This document shows, piece by piece, positions 29,901 to 44,900 of a DNA stretch of 64,000 nucleotides. The stretch's first letter is position 1, and the number at the start of each line of letters is the position of its first letter. The DNA comes from Tubulanus polymorphus (taxonomy: Eukaryota > Animalia > Nemertea), in the NCBI RefSeq assembly GCF_964204645.1, contig NW_027437451.1, positions 1 through 64,000 on the forward strand. The letters are read 5' to 3'. The notes under the pieces were generated by a model. It was not told where the DNA came from. It searched no databases and saw nothing but the letters and a program-made list of their open reading frames with translations. The translations under genes were made by a program, and so were the position numbers.

Positions 29901-32900
29901 AAATTCTGATTCTGTCAACCTATCTATTTGAAATCAGTTCAGTACACCCTAACCCATCAATTAAGATAGAATTCATCATCTTTAGGACCCTATTTTGCAA
30001 GAAAAATCTGTATCTTTCAGTCCATCTACTCGAAATCAGTTCAGTTTACCTTAACCTATCATTTCAGATCGAGTCCATCAGCTTCAGGAGCATAAGTACC
30101 CAGAAAATTCAGAATCTTTCCACCTATCTATTTGAAATCAGTTCAATACGCCTTAACCCATCTTTTCAGATAGAATCCATCATCTTCAGAACCAAAAGCA
30201 GCCAGAAAATTCTGATTCTTTCCACCTATCTATTTGAAATCAGTTCAGTACACCCCAACCCATCGATTAAGATAGAATTCGTCATCTTTAGGACCCTATT
30301 TTGCAAGAAAAATCTGTATCTTTTAGTCCATCTACTCGAAATCAGTTCAGTTTACCTTAACCTATCATTTCAGATCGAGTCCATCATCTTCAGGAGCATA
30401 AATAGCCAGAAAATTCTTAATCTTTCCACCTATCTATTTGAAATCAGTTCAATACGCCTTAACCCATCTTTTCAGATTGAGTCCATCATCTTTAGAACCA
30501 AAGGCAGCCAGAAAATTCTGATTCTTTCCACCTATCTATTTGAAATCAGTTCAGTTCACCCTTACCCATCAATTAAGATAGAATTCATCATCTTTAGGAC
30601 CCTATTTTGCAAGAAAAATCTGTATCTTTCAGTCCATCTACTCGAAATCAGTTCAGTTTACCTTAACCTATCATTTCAGATCGAGTCCATCATCTTCAGA
30701 ACCAAAAGCAGCCAGAAAATTCTGATTCTTTCAACCTATCTATTTGAAATCAGTTCAGTACACCCTAACCCAACAATTAAGATAGAATTCATCATCTTTA
30801 GGACCCTATTTTGCAAGAAAAATTTGTATCTTTCAGTCCATCTACTCGAAATCAGTTCAGTTTACCTTAACCTATCATTTCAGATCGAGTCCATCATCTT
30901 CAGGCGCATAAATAGCCAGAAAATTCTTAATCTTTCCACCTATCTATTTGAAATCAGTTCAATACGCCTTAACCCATCTTTTCAGATTCAGTCCATCATC
31001 TTCAGAACCAAAGGCAGCCAGAAAATTCTGATTCTTTCCACCTATCTATTTGAAATCAGTTCAGTTCACCCTAACCCATCAATTAAGATAGAATTCGTCA
31101 TCTTTAGGACCCTATTTTGCAAGAAAAATCTGTATCTTTCAGTCCATCTACTCGAAATCAGTTCAGTTTACCTTACCCTATCATTTCAGATCGAGTCCAT
31201 CATCTTCAGGAGCATAAATAGCCAGAAAATTCTTAATCTTTCCACCTATCTATTTGAAATCAGTTCAATACGCCTTAACACATCTTTTCAGATTGAATCC
31301 ATCATCTTCAGAACCAAAAGCAGCCAGAAAATTCTGATTCTTTCAACCTATCTATTTGAAATCACTTCAATTCGCCTAAACGCATCATTTCAGATTGAAT
31401 CAATCAACTTCAGTAGTATAATTAGTCAGAAAATTCTGAATCTTTCAACCAATCTATTAAAAATCAGTTCAGTACACCCTAACCCATCAATTAAGATAGA
31501 ATTCATCATTTTTAGGACCTAATTAATCAAGAAAAATCTGTTTCTTTCATCCCATCTACTCGAAATCAGTTCAGTTTACCTTAACCTATCATTTCAGATC
31601 GAGTCCATCATCTTCAGGAGCATAAATAGCCAAAAAATTCTCAATCTTTCCACCTATCTATTTGAGATCAGTTCAATACGCCTTAACCCATCTTTTCAGA
31701 TTGAATCAATCAACTTCAGAAGTATAAGTAGTCAGAAAATTCTGAATCTTTCAACCAATCTATTGAAAATCAGTTCAGTACACCCTAACCCAACAATTAA
31801 GATAGAATTCATCATCTTTAGGACCCTATTTTGCAAGAAAAATCTGTATCTTTTAGTCCATCTACTCGAAATCAGTTCAGTTTACCTTAACCTATCATTT
31901 CAGATCGAGTCCATCATCTGCAGGAGCATAAATAGCCAGAAAATTCTTAATCTTTCCTCCTATCTATTTGAAATCAGTTCAATACGCCTTAACCCATCTT
32001 TTCAGATTGAGTCCATCATCTTCAGAACTAAAGGCAGCAAGAAAATTCTGATTCTTTCAACCTATCTATTTGAAATCAGTTCAGTTCACCCTAACCCATC
32101 AATTAAGATAGAATTCATCATCTTTAGGACCATATTTTGCAAGAAAAATCTGTATCTTTCAGTCCATCTACTCGAAATCAGTTCAGTTTACCTTAACCTA
32201 TCATTTCAGATCGAGTCCATCATCTTCAGGAGCATAAATAGCCAGAAAATTCTTAATCTTTCCTCCTATCTATTTGAAATCAGTTCAATACGCCTTAACC
32301 CATCTTTTCAGATTGAGTCCATCATCTTCAGAACCAAAGGCAGCCAGAAAATTCTGATTCTTTCAACCTATCTATTTGAAATCAGTTCAGTACACCCTAA
32401 CCCATCATTTAAGATAGAATTCATCATCTTTAGGACCATATTTTGCAAGAAAAATCTGTATCTTTCAGTCCATCTACTCGAAATCAGTTCAGTTTACCTT
32501 AACCTATCATTTCAGATCGAGTCCATCATCTTCAGGAGCATAAGTACCCAGAAAATTCAGAATCTTTCCACCTATCTATTTGAAATCAGTTCAATACGCC
32601 TTAACCCATCTTTTCAGATAGAATCCATCATCTTCAGAACCAAAAGCAGCCAGAAAATTCTGATTCTTTCCACCTATCTATTTGAAATCAGTTCAGTACA
32701 CCCTAACCCATCAATTAAGATAGAATTCGTCATCTTTAGGACCATATTTTGCAAGAAAAATCTGTATCTTTTAGTCCATCTACTCGAAATCAGTTCAGTT
32801 TACCTTAACCTATCATTTCAGATCGAGTCCATCATCTTCAGGAGCATAAATAGCCAGAAAATTCTTAATCTTTCCACCTATCTATTTGAAATCAGTTCAA

Positions 32901-35900
32901 TACGCCTTAACCCATCTTTTCAGATTGAGTCCATCATCTTCAGAACCAAAGGCAGCAAGAAAATTCTGATTCTGTCAACCTATCTATATAATCAGTTCAG
33001 TACACCCCAACCCATCGATTAAGATTGAATTCATCATCTTTAGTACCCTATTTTGCAAGAAAAATCTGTATCTTTCAGTCCATCTACTCGAAATCAGTTC
33101 AGTTTACCTTAACCTATCATTTCAGATCGAGTCCATCATCTTCAGAACCAAAAGCAGCCAGAAAATTCTGATTCTTTCAACCTATCTATTTGAAATCAGT
33201 TCAGTACACCCTAACCCATCAATTAAGATAGAATTCGTCATCTTTAGGACCCTATTTTGCAAGAAAAATCTGTATCTTTCAGTCCATCTACTCGAAATCA
33301 GTTCAGTTTACCTTACCCTATCATTTCAGATCGAGTCCATCATCTTCAGGAGCATAAATAGCCAGAAAATTCTTAATCTTTCCACCTATCTATTTGAAAT
33401 CAGTTCAATACGCCTTAACACATCTTTTCAGATTGAATCCATCATCTTCAGAACCAAAAGCAGCCAGAAAATTCTGATTCTTTCAACCTATCTATTTGAA
33501 ATCAGTTCAATTCGCCTAAACGCATCATTTCAGATTGAATCAATCAACTTCAGTAGTATAATTAGTCAGAAAATTCTGAATCTTTCAACCAATCTATTAA
33601 AAATCAGTTCAGTACACCCTAACCCATCAATTAAGATAGAATTCATCATTTTTAGGACCTAATTAATCAAGAAAAATCTGTTTCTTTCATCCCATCTACT
33701 CGAAATCAGTTCAGTTTACCTTAACCTATCATTTCAGATCGAGTCCATCATCTTCAGGAGCATAAATAGCCAAAAAATTCTTAATCTTTCCACCTATCTA
33801 TTTGAAATCAGTTCAATACGCCTTAACCCATCTTTTCAGATTGAATCAATCAACTTCAGAAGTATAAGTAGTCAGAAAATTCTGAATCTTTCAACCAATC
33901 TATTGAAAATCAGTTCAGTACACCCTAACCCAACAATTAAGATAGAATTCATCATCTTTAGGACCCTATTTTGCAAGAAAAATCTGTATCTTTTAGTCCA
34001 TCTACTCGAAATCAGTTCAGTTTACCTTAACCTATCATTTCAGATCGAGTCCATCATCTTCAGGAGCATAAATAGCCAGAAAATTCTTAATCTTTCCACC
34101 TATCTATTTGAAATCAGTTCAATACGCCTTAACCCATCTTTTCAGATTGAGTCCATCATCTTCAGAACAAAGGGCAGCCAGAAAATTCTGATTCTTTCAA
34201 CCTATCTATTGAAAATCAGTTCAGTACACCCTAACCCATCAATTAAGATAGAATTCATCATCTTTAGGACCCTATTATGCAAGAAAAATCTGTATCTTTC
34301 AGTCCATCTACTGGAAATCAGTTCAGTTTACCTTAACCTATCATTTCAGATCGAGTCCATCATCTTCAGGAGCATAAGTACCCAGAAAATTCAGAATCTT
34401 TCCACCTATCTATTTGAAATCAGTTCAATACGCCTTAACCCATCTTTTCAGATTGAGTCCATCATCTTCAGAACCAAAGGCAGCAAAAAAATTCTGATTC
34501 TGTCAACCTATCTATTTGAAATCAGTTCAGTACACCCTAACCCATCAATTAAGATAGAATTCATCATCTTTAGGACCCTATTTTGCAAGAAAAATCTGTA
34601 TCTTTCAGTCCATCTACTCGAAATCAGTTCAGTTTACCTTAACCTATCATTTCAGATCGAGTCCATCATCTTCAGGAGCATAAGTACCCAGAAAATTCAG
34701 AATCTTTCCACCTATCTATTTGAAATCAGTTCAATACGCCTTAACCCATCTTTTCAGATAGAATCCATCATCTTCAGAACCAAAAGCAGCCAGAAAATTC
34801 TGATTCTTTCCACCTATCTATTTGAAATCAGTTCAGTACACCCCAACCCATCGATTAAGATAGAATTCGTCATCTTTAGGACCCTATTTTGCAAGAAAAA
34901 TCTGTATCTTTTAGTCCATCTACTCGAAATCAGTTCAGTTTACCTTAACCTATCATTTCAGATCGAGTCCATCATCTTCAGGAGCATAAATAGCCAGAAA
35001 ATTCTTAATCTTTCCACCTATCTATTTGAAATCAGTTCAATACGCCTTAACCCATCTTTTCAGATTGAGTCCATCATCTTCAGAGCCAAAGGCAGCCAGA
35101 AAATTCTGATTCTTTCAACCTATCTATTTGAAATCAGTTTAGTACACCCTAACCCATCATTTAAGATAGAATTCATCATCTTTAGGACCATATTTTGCAA
35201 GAAAAATCTGTATCTTTCAGTCCATCTACTCGAAATCAGTTCAGTTTACCTTAACCTATCATTTCAGATCGAGTCTATTTGAAATCAGTTCAATACGCCT
35301 TAACCCATTTTTTCAGATTGAGTCCCTCATCTTCAGAACCAAAGGCAGCAAGAAAATTCTGATTCTTTCAACCTATCTATTTGAAATCAGTTCAGTTCAC
35401 CCTAACCCATCAATTAAGATAGAATTCATCATCTTTAGGACCCTATTTTGCAAGAAAAATCTGTATCTTTCAGTCCATCTACTCGAAATCAGTTCAGTTT
35501 ACCTTAACCTATCATTTCAGATCGAGTCCATCATCTTCAGGAGCATAAATAGCCAGAAAATTCTTAATCTTTCCACCTATCTATTTGAAATCAGTTCAAT
35601 ACGCCTTAACCCATCTTTTCAGATTGAGTCCATCATCTTCAGAACAAAGGGCATCCAGAAAATTCTGATTCTTTCAACCTAGCTATTGAAAATCAGTTCA
35701 GTACACCCTAACCCATCAATTAAGATAGAATTCGTCATCTTTAGGACCATATTTTGCAAGAAAAATCTGTATCTTTTAATCCAACTACTCGAAATCAGTT
35801 CAGTTTACCTTAACCTATCATTTCAGATCGAGTCCATCATCTTCAGGAGCATAAATAGCCAAAAAATTCTTAATCTTTCCACCTATCTATTTGAAATCAG

Positions 35901-38900
35901 TTCAATACGCCTTAACCCATCTTTTCAGATTGAGTCCATCATCTTCAAAACCAAAGGCAGCCAGAAAATTCTGATTCTTTCAACCAATCTATTGAAAATC
36001 AGTTCAGTACACCCTAACCCATCAATTAAGATAGAATTCGTCATCTTTAGGACCCTATTTTGCAAGAAAAATCTGTATCTTTCAGTCCATCTACTCGAAA
36101 TCAGTTCAGTTTACCTTAACCTATCCTTTCAGATCGAGTCCATCATCTTCAGGAGCATAAATAGCCAGAAAATTCTTAATCTTTCCACCTATCTATTTGA
36201 AATCAGTTCAATACGCCTTAACACATCTTTTCAGATTGAATCCATCATCTTCAGAACCAAAAGCAGCCAGAAAATTCTGATTCTTTCAACCAATCTATTG
36301 AAAATCAGTTCAGTATACCCTAACCCATCAATTAAGATAGAATTCATCATCTTTAGGACCCTATTTTGCAAGAAAAATCTGTATCTTTCAATCCATCTAC
36401 TCGAAATCAGTTCAGTTTACCTTAACCTATCATTTCAGATCGAGTCCATCATCTTCAGGAGCATAAATAGCTAGGAAATTCTTAATCTTTCCACCTATCT
36501 ATTTGAAATCAGTTCAATACGCCTTAACCCATTTTTTCAGATTGAGTCCCTCATCTTCAGAACCAAAGGCAGCAAGAAAATTCTGATTCTTTCAACCTAT
36601 CTATTTGAAATCAGTTCAGTTCACCCTAACCCATCAATTAAGATAGAATTCGTCATCTTTAGGACCCTATTTTGCAAGAAAAATCTGTATCTTTCAGTCC
36701 ATCTACTCGAAATCAGTTCAGTTTACCTTAAACTATCATTTCAGATCGAGTCCATCATCTTCAGGAGCATAAATAGCCAGAAAATTCTTAATCTTTCCAC
36801 CTATCTATTTGAAATCAGTTCAATACGCCTTAACCCATCTTTTCAGATTGAGTCCATCATCTTCAGAACAAAGGGCATCCAGAAAATTCTGATTCTTTCA
36901 ACCTAGCTATTGAAAATCAGTTCAGTACACCCTAACCCATCAATTAAGATAGAATTCATCATCTTTAGGACCATATTTTGCAAGAAAAATCTGTATCTTT
37001 TAGTCCATCTACTCGAAATCAGTTCAGTTTACCTTAACCTATCATTTCAGATCGAGTCCATCATCTTCAGGAGCATAAATAGCCAGAAAATTCTTAATCT
37101 TTCCACCTATCTATTTGAAATAAGTTCAATACGCCTTAACCCATCTTTTCAGATTGAGTCCATCATCTTCAGAACCAAAGGCAGCAAGAAAATTCTGATT
37201 CTTTCAACCTATCTATTTGAAATCAGTTCAGTTCACCCTAACCCATCAATTAAGATAGAATTCATCATCTTTAGGACCCTATTTTGCAAGAAAAATCTGT
37301 ATCTTTCAGTCCATCTACTCGAAATCAGTTCAGTTTACCTTAACCTATCATTTCAGATCGATTCCATCATCTTCAGGAGCGTAAATAGCCAGAAAATTCT
37401 TAATCTTTCCACCTATCTATTTGAAATCAGTTCAATACGCCTTAACACATCTTTTCAGATTGAATCCATCATCTTCAGAACCAAAAGCAGCCAGAAAATT
37501 CTGATTCTTTCAACCAATCTATTGAAAATCAGTTCAGTATACCCTAACCCATCAATTAAGATAGAATTCATCATCTTTAGGACCCTATTTTGCAAGAAAA
37601 ATCTGTATCTTTCAATCCATCTACTCGAAATCAGTTCAGTTTACCTTAACCTATCATTTCAGATCGAGTCCATCATCTTCAGGAGCATAAATAGCTAGGA
37701 AATTCTTAATCTTTCCACCTATCTATTTGAAATCAGTTCAATACGCCTTAACCCATTTTTTCAGATTGAGTCCCTCATCTTCAGAACCAAAGGCAGCAAG
37801 AAAATTCTGATTCTTTCAACCTATCTATTTGAAATCAGTTCAGTTCACCCTAACCCATCAATTAAGATAGAATTCATCATCTTTAGGACCCTATTTTGCA
37901 AGAAAAATCTGTATCTTTCAGTCCATCTACTCGAAATCAGTTCAGTTTACCTTAACCTATCATTTCAGATCGAGTCCATCATCTTCAGGAGCATAAATAG
38001 CCAGAAAATTCTTAATCTTTCCTCCTATCTATTTGAAATCAGTTCAATACGCCTTAACCCATCTTTTCAGATTGAGTCCATCATCTTCAGAACCAAAGGC
38101 AGCCAGAAAATTCTGATTCTTTCAACCTATCTATTTGAAATCAGTTTAGTACACCCTAACCCATCATTTAAGATAGAATTCATCATCTTTAGGACCATAT
38201 TTTGCAAGAAAAATCTGTATCTTTCAGTCCATCTACTCGAAATCAGTTCAGTTTACCTTAACCTATCATTTCAGATCGAGTCCATCATCTTCAGGAGCAT
38301 AAATAGCCAGAAAATTCTTAATCTTTCCACCTATCTATTTGAAATCAGTTCAATACGCCTTAACCCATCTTTTCAGATTGAGTCCATCATCTTCAGAACA
38401 AAGGGCATCCAGAAAATTCTGATTCTTTCAACCTATCTATTGAAAATCAGTTCAGTACACCCTAACCCATCAATTAAGATAGAATTCATCATCTTAAGGA
38501 CCATATTTTGCAAGAAAAATCTGTTTCTTTTAGTCCATCTACTCGAAATCAGTTCAGTTTACCTTAACCTATCATTTCAGATCGAGTCCATCATCTTCAG
38601 GAGCATAAATAGCCAGAAAATTCTTAATCTTTCCACCTATCTATTTGAAATCAGTTCAATACGCCTTAACCCATCTTTTCAGATTCAGTCCATCATCTTC
38701 AGAACCAAAGGCAGCAAGAAAATTCTGATTCTTTCAACCTATCTATTTGAAATCAGTTCAGTTCACCCTAACCCATCAATTAAGATAGAATTCATCATCT
38801 TTAGGACCCTATTTTGCAAGAAAAATCTGTATCTTTTAGTCCATCTACTCGAAATCAGTTCAGTTTACCTTAACCTATCATTTCAGATCGAGTCCATCAT

Positions 38901-41900
38901 CTTCAGGAGCATAAATAGCCAGAAAATTCTTAATCTTTCCACCTATCTATTTGAAATCAGTTCAATACGCCTTAACACATCTTTTCAGATTGAATCCATC
39001 ATCTTCAGAACCAAAAGCAGCCAGAAAATTCTGATTCTTTCAACCAATCTATTGAAAATCAGTTCAGTACACCCTAACCCATCAATTAAGATAGAATTCA
39101 TCATCTTTAGGACCCTATTTTGCAAGAAAAATTTGTATCTTTCAGTCCATCTACTCGAAATCAGGTTAGTTTACCTTAACCTATCATTTCAGATCGAGTC
39201 CATCATCTTCAGGAGCATAAATAGCTAGGAAATTCTTAATCTATTCACCTATCTATTTGAAATCAGTTCAATACGCCTTAACCCATTTTTTCAGATTAAG
39301 TCCCTCATCTTCAGAACCAAAGGCAGCAAGAAAATTCTGATTCTTTCAACCTATCTATTTGAAATCAGTTCAGTTCACCCTAACCCATCAATTAAGATAG
39401 AATTCATCATCTTTAGGACCATATTTTGCAAGAAAAATCTGTATCTTTCAGTCCATCTACTCGAAATCAGTTCAGTTTACCTTAACCTATCATTTCAGAT
39501 CGAGTCCATCATCTTCAGGAGCATAAATAGCCAGAAAATTCTTAATCTTTCCACCTATCTATTTGAAATCAGTTCAATACGCCTTAACCCATCTTTTCAG
39601 ATTGAGTCCATCATCTTCAGAACCAAAGGCAGCAAGAAAATTCTGATTCTTTCAACCTATCTATTTGAAATCAGTTCAGTTCACCCTAACCCATCAATTA
39701 AGATAGAATTCATCATCTTTAGGACCCTATTTTGCAAGAAAAATCTGTATCTTTCAGTCCATCTACTCGAAATCAGTTCAGTTTACCTTAACCTATCATT
39801 TAAGATCGATTCCATCATCTTCAGGAGCATAAATAGCCAGAAAATTCTTAATCTTTCCACCTATCTATTTGAAATCAGTTCAATACGCCTTAACCCATCT
39901 TTTCAGATTGAGTCCATCATCTTCAGAACCAAAGGCAGCCAGAAAATTCTGATTCTTTCAACCTATCTATTTGAAATCAGTTCAGTTCACCCTAACCCAT
40001 CAATTAAGATAGAATTCATCATCTTTAGGACCCTATTTTGCAAGAAAAATCTGTATCTTTCAGTCCATCTACTCGAAATCCGTTCAGTTTACCTTAACCT
40101 ATCATTTCAGATCGAGTCCATCATCCTCAGGAGCATAAATAGCCAGAAAATTCTTAATCTTTCCACCTATCTATTTGAAATCAGTTCAATACGCCTTAAC
40201 CCACCTTTTCAGATTGAATCAATCAACTTCAGAAGTATAAGTAGTCAGAAAATTCTGAATCTTTCAACCAATCTATTGATAATTTGTTCAGTACACCCTA
40301 ACTCAACAATTAAGATAGAATTCATCATCTTTAGGACCCTATTTTGCAAGAAAAATCTCTATCTTTCAGTCCATCTACTCGAAATCAGTTCAGTTTACCT
40401 TAACCTATCATTTCAGATCGAGTCCATCATCTTCAGGAGCATAAAGAGCCAGAAAATTCTTAATCTTTCCTCATATCTATTTGAAATCAGTTCAATACGC
40501 CTTAACCCATCTTTTCAGATTGAGTCCATCATCTTCAGAACAAAGGGCAGCCAGAAAATTCTGATTCTTTCAACCTATCTATTGAAAATCAGTTCAGTAC
40601 ACCCTAACCCATCAATTAAGATAGAATTCATCATCTTTAGGACCCTATTTTGCAAGAAAAATTTGTATCTTTCAGTCCATCTACTCGAAATCAGTTCAGT
40701 TTACCTTAACCTATCATTTCAGATCGAGTCCATCATCTTCAGGCGCATAAATAGCCAGAAAATTCTTAATCTTTCCACCTATCTATTTGAAATCAGTTCA
40801 ATACGCCTTATCCCATCTTTTCAGATTGAGTCCATCATCTTCAGAACCAAAGGCAGCCAGAAAATTCTGATTCTTTCCACCTATCTATTTGAAATCAGTT
40901 CAGTTCACCCTAACCCATCAATTAAGATAGAATTCGTCATCTTTAGGACCCTATTTTGCAAGAAAAATCTGTATCTTTCAGTCCATCTACTCGAAATCAG
41001 TTCAGTTTACCTTACCCTATCATTTCAGATCGAGTCCATCATCTTCAGGAGCATAAATAGCCAGAAAATTCTTAATCTTTCCACCTATCTATTTGAAATC
41101 AGTTCAATACGCCTTAACCCATCTTTTCACGTTGAATCCATCATCTTCAGAACCAAAAGCAGCCAGAAAATTCTGATTCTTTCAACCTATCTATTTGAAA
41201 TCAGTTCAGTTCACCCTAACCCATCAATTAAGATAGAATTCATCATCTTTAGGACCCTATTTTGCAAGAAAAATCTGTATCTTTCAGTCCATCTACTCGA
41301 AATCCGTTCAGTTTACCTTAACCTATCATTTCAGATCGAGTCCATCATCTTCAGGAGCATAAATAGCCAGAAAATTCTTAATCTTTCCACCTATCTATTT
41401 GAAATCAGTTCAATACGCCTTAACCCATCTTTTCAGATTGAGTCCATCATCTTCAGAACAAAGGGCAGCCAGAAAATTCTGATTCTTTCAACCTATCTAT
41501 TGAAAATCAGTTCAGTACACCCTAACCCATCAATTAAGATAGAATTCATCATCTTTAGGACCCTATTTTGCAAGAAAAATTTGTATCTTTCAGTCCATCT
41601 ACTCGAAATCAGTTCAGTTTACCTTAACCTATCATTTCAGATCGAGTCCATCATCTTCAGGCGCATAAATAGCCAGAAAATTCTTAATCTTTCCACCTAT
41701 CTATTTGAAATCAGTTCAATACGCCTTAACCCATCTTTTCAGATTGAGTCCATCATCTTCAGAACCAAAGGCAGCCAGAAAATTCTGATTCTTTCCACCT
41801 ATCTATTTGAAATCAGTTCAGTTCACCCTAACCCATCAATTAAGATAGAATTCGTCATCTTTAGGACCCTATTTTGCAAGAAAAATCTGTATCTTTCAGT

Positions 41901-44900
41901 CCATCTACTCGAAATCAGTTCAGTTTACCTTACCCTATCATTTCAGATCGAGTCCATCATCTTCAGGAGCATAAATAGCCAGAAAATTCTTAATCTTTCC
42001 ACCTATCTATTTGAAATCAGTTCAATACGCCTTAACCCATCTTTTCACGTTGAATCCATCATCTTCAGAACCAAAAGCAGCCAGAAAATTCTGATTCTTT
42101 CAACCTATCTATTTGAAATCAGTTCAATTCGCCTAAACACATCATTTCAGATTGAATCAATCAACTTCAGTAGTATAATTAGTCAGAAAATTCTGAATCT
42201 TTCAACCAATCTATTGAAAATCAGTTCAGTACACCCTAACCCATCAATTTAGATAGAATTCATCATTTTTAGGACCTAATTAATCAAGAAAAATCTGTTT
42301 CTTTCATCCCATCTACTCGAAATCAGTTCAGTTTACCTTAAGCTATCATTTCAGATCGAGTCCATCATCTTCAGGAGCATAAATAGCCAGAAAATTCTTA
42401 ATCTTTCCACCTATCTATTTGAAATCAGTTCAATACGCCTTAACCCACCTTTTCAGATTGAATCAATCAACTTCAGAAGTATAAGTAGTCAGAAAATTCT
42501 GAATCTTTCAACCAATCTATTGAAAATCAGTTCAGTACACCCTAACCCAACAATTAAGATAGAATTCATCATCTTTAGGACCCTATTTTGCAAAAAAAAT
42601 CTCTATCTTTCAGTCCATCTACTCGAAATCAGTTCAGTTTACCTTAACCTATCATTTCAGATCGAGTCCATCATCTTCAGGAGCATAAATAGCCAGAAAA
42701 TTCTTAATCTTTCCACCTATCTATTTGAAATCAGTTCAATACGCCTTAACCCATCTTTTCAGATTGAGTCCATCATCTTCAGAACAAAGGGCAGCCAGAA
42801 AATTCTGATTCTTTCAACCTATCTATTGAAAATCAGTTCAGTACACCCTAACCCATCAATTAAGATAGAATTCATCATCTTTAGGACCCTATTTTGCAAG
42901 AAAAATTTGTATCTTTCAGTCCATCTACTCGAAATCAGTTCAGTTTACCTTAACCTATCATTTCAGATCGAGTCCATCATCTTCAGGCGCATAAATAGCC
43001 AGAAAATTCTGATTCTTTCCACCTATCTATTTGAAATCAGTTCAGTTCACCCTAACCCATCAATTAAGATAGAATTCGTCATCTTTAGGACCCTGTTTTC
43101 CAAGAAAAATCTGTATCTTTCAGTCCATCTACTCGAAATCAGTACAGTTTACCTTACCCTATCATTTCAGATCGAGTCCATCATCTTCAGGAGCATAAAT
43201 AGCCAGAAAATTCTTAATCTTTCCACCTATCTATTTGAAATCAGTTCAATACGCCTTAACCCATCTTTTCACGTTGAATCCATCATCTTCAGAACCAAAA
43301 GCAGCCAGAAAATTCTGATTCTTTCAACCTATCTATTTGAAATCAGTTCAATTCGCCTAAACACATCATTTCAGATTGAATCAATCAACTTCAGTAGTAT
43401 AATTAGTCAGAAAATTCTGAATCTTTCAACCAATCTATTGAAAATCAGTTCAGTACACCCTAACCCATCAATTTAGATAGAATTCATCATTTTTAGAACC
43501 TAATTAAGCAAGAAAAATCTGTTTCTTTCATCCTATCTACTCGAAATCAGTTCAGTTTACCTTAAGCTATCATTTCAGATCGAGTCCATCATCTTCAGGA
43601 GCATAAATAGCCAGAAAATTCTTAATCTTTCCACCTATCTATTTGAAATCAGTTCAATACGCCTTAACCCATCTTTTCAGATTGAATCAATCAACTTCAG
43701 AAGTATAAGTAGTCAGAAAATTCTGATTCTTTCAACCTATCTATTTGAAATCAGTTCAATTCGCCTAAACGCATCATTTCAGATTGAATCAATCAACTTC
43801 AGTAGTATAATTAGTCAGAAAATTCTGAATCTTTCAACCAATCTATTGAAAATCAGTTCAGTACACCCTAACCCAACAATTAAGATAGAATTCATCATCT
43901 TTAGGACCCTATTTTGCAAGAAAAATCTCTATCTTTCAGTCCATCTACTCGAAATCAGTTCAGTTTACCTTAACATATCATTTCAGATCGAGTCCATCAT
44001 CTTCAGGAGCATAAATAGCCAGAAAATTCTTAATCTTTCCACCTATCTATTTGAAATCAGTTCAATACGCCTTAACCCATCTTTTCAGATTGAGTCCATC
44101 ATCTTCAGAACAAAGGGCAGCCAGAAAATTCTGATTCTTTCAACCTATCTATTGAAAATCAGTTCAGTTCACCCTAACCCATCAATTAAGATAGAATTCA
44201 TCATCTTTAGGACCCTATTTTGCAAGAAAAATCTGTATCTTTCAGTCCATCTACTCGAAATCAGTTCAGTTTACCTTAACCTATCATTTCAGATCGAGTC
44301 CATCATCTTCAGGAGCATAAATAGCCAGAAAATTCTTAATCTTTCCACCTATCTATTTGAAATCAGTTCAATACGCCTTAACCCACCTTTTCAGATTGAA
44401 TCAATCAACTTCAGAAGTATAAGTAGTCAGAAAATTCTGAATCTTTCAACCAATCTATTGAAAATCAGTTCAGTACACCCTAACCCAACAATTAAGATAG
44501 AATTCATCATCTTTAGGACCCTATTTTGCAAGAAAAATCTCTATCTTTCAGTCCATCTACTCGAAATCAGTTCAGTTTACCTTAACCTATCATTTCAGAT
44601 CGAGTCCATCATCTTCAGGAGCATAAATAGCCAGAAAATTCTTAATCTTTCCACCTATCTATTTGAAATCAGTTCAATACGCCTTAACCCATCTTTTCAG
44701 ATTGAGTCCATCATCTTCAGAACAAAGGGCAGCCAGAAAATTCTGATTCTTTCAACCTATCTATTGAAAATCAGTTCAGTACACCCTAACCCATCAATTA
44801 AGATAGAATTCATCATCTTTAGGACCCTATTTTGCAAGAAAAATTAGTATCTTTCAGTCCATCTACTCGAAATCAGTTCAGTTTACCTTAACCTATCATT

